Source: Octopus sinensis (lineage: Eukaryota). From it: 64,000 nt of DNA. The notes under the pieces were generated by a model that did no database searches, was not told where the DNA came from, and was given only the letters and a program-made list of their open reading frames with translations. Of this stretch, positions 63,705 through 64,000 are shown piece after piece. Every line of letters begins with the position of its first letter. Within the stretch, counting starts at the first letter, position 1. The position numbers and the translations under genes were made by a program. The stretch is from NCBI RefSeq assembly GCF_006345805.1, contig NW_021832570.1, positions 8,181 to 72,180 on the forward strand, given 5' to 3'.

Positions 63705-64000
63705 TTTAATTAATTACCTTATTAAGCGGACCGTTTTTTCTTCAGCTTCTTTTTCCTCCTTCGGTTATCTATTTAAAAAATTATTTTTGAATAATAAAAA
63801 AGTTTAGGAAAAGAGGCATACCGAAAATAAATTCTATCTTTACGAAAAACTTAACTAAATAGTTAATATTTTACGCAAATTCTTCTGATGCGCTGTCAAT
63901 TGGTGGTAAATTGTGTTAATGATTGTGCTAATGTGGTTTCAACTATCAAAGTGTTTTTAAAAATCTGTTAATTGCACACTCTATTCAAGGTCGTGCGTCA

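Overview
AT-rich eukaryotic genomic DNA, not prokaryotic. Genes are split by very short spliceosomal introns (mostly 23-33 nt). Together with a glypican and TTAGGG-type repeats, this suggests a genome-reduced animal parasite such as a myxozoan or mesozoan (inference only). Host genes I can reconstruct are a UGA-containing selenophosphate synthetase with a candidate GUGA-type SECIS, thymidylate kinase (last exon apparently interrupted by a hAT element), a STE24/ZMPSTE24 protease, a glypican-like protein, a ~190-aa single-Myb protein, an MFAP1 pseudogene, tRNA-Thr(TGT) and tRNA-Trp(CCA). The rest is mostly decayed transposons: hAT, pogo-like, Helitron, several non-LTR clades, and a TGT...ACA / 5-bp-TSD Ginger-like family. 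The standout is that the 6.2-kb telomere-like TTAGGG higher-order array (18372-24605) is neither a chromosome end nor a free interstitial satellite. It is cargo inside a Ginger-like DNA transposon (18031-25069) with 42-bp TIRs, a 5-bp TSD and an integrase HHCC remnant. Two relatives in the window carry short degenerate TTAGGG-like tracts at the same relative position. All calls were made by eye, and family names rest on motif recognition, not database searches.
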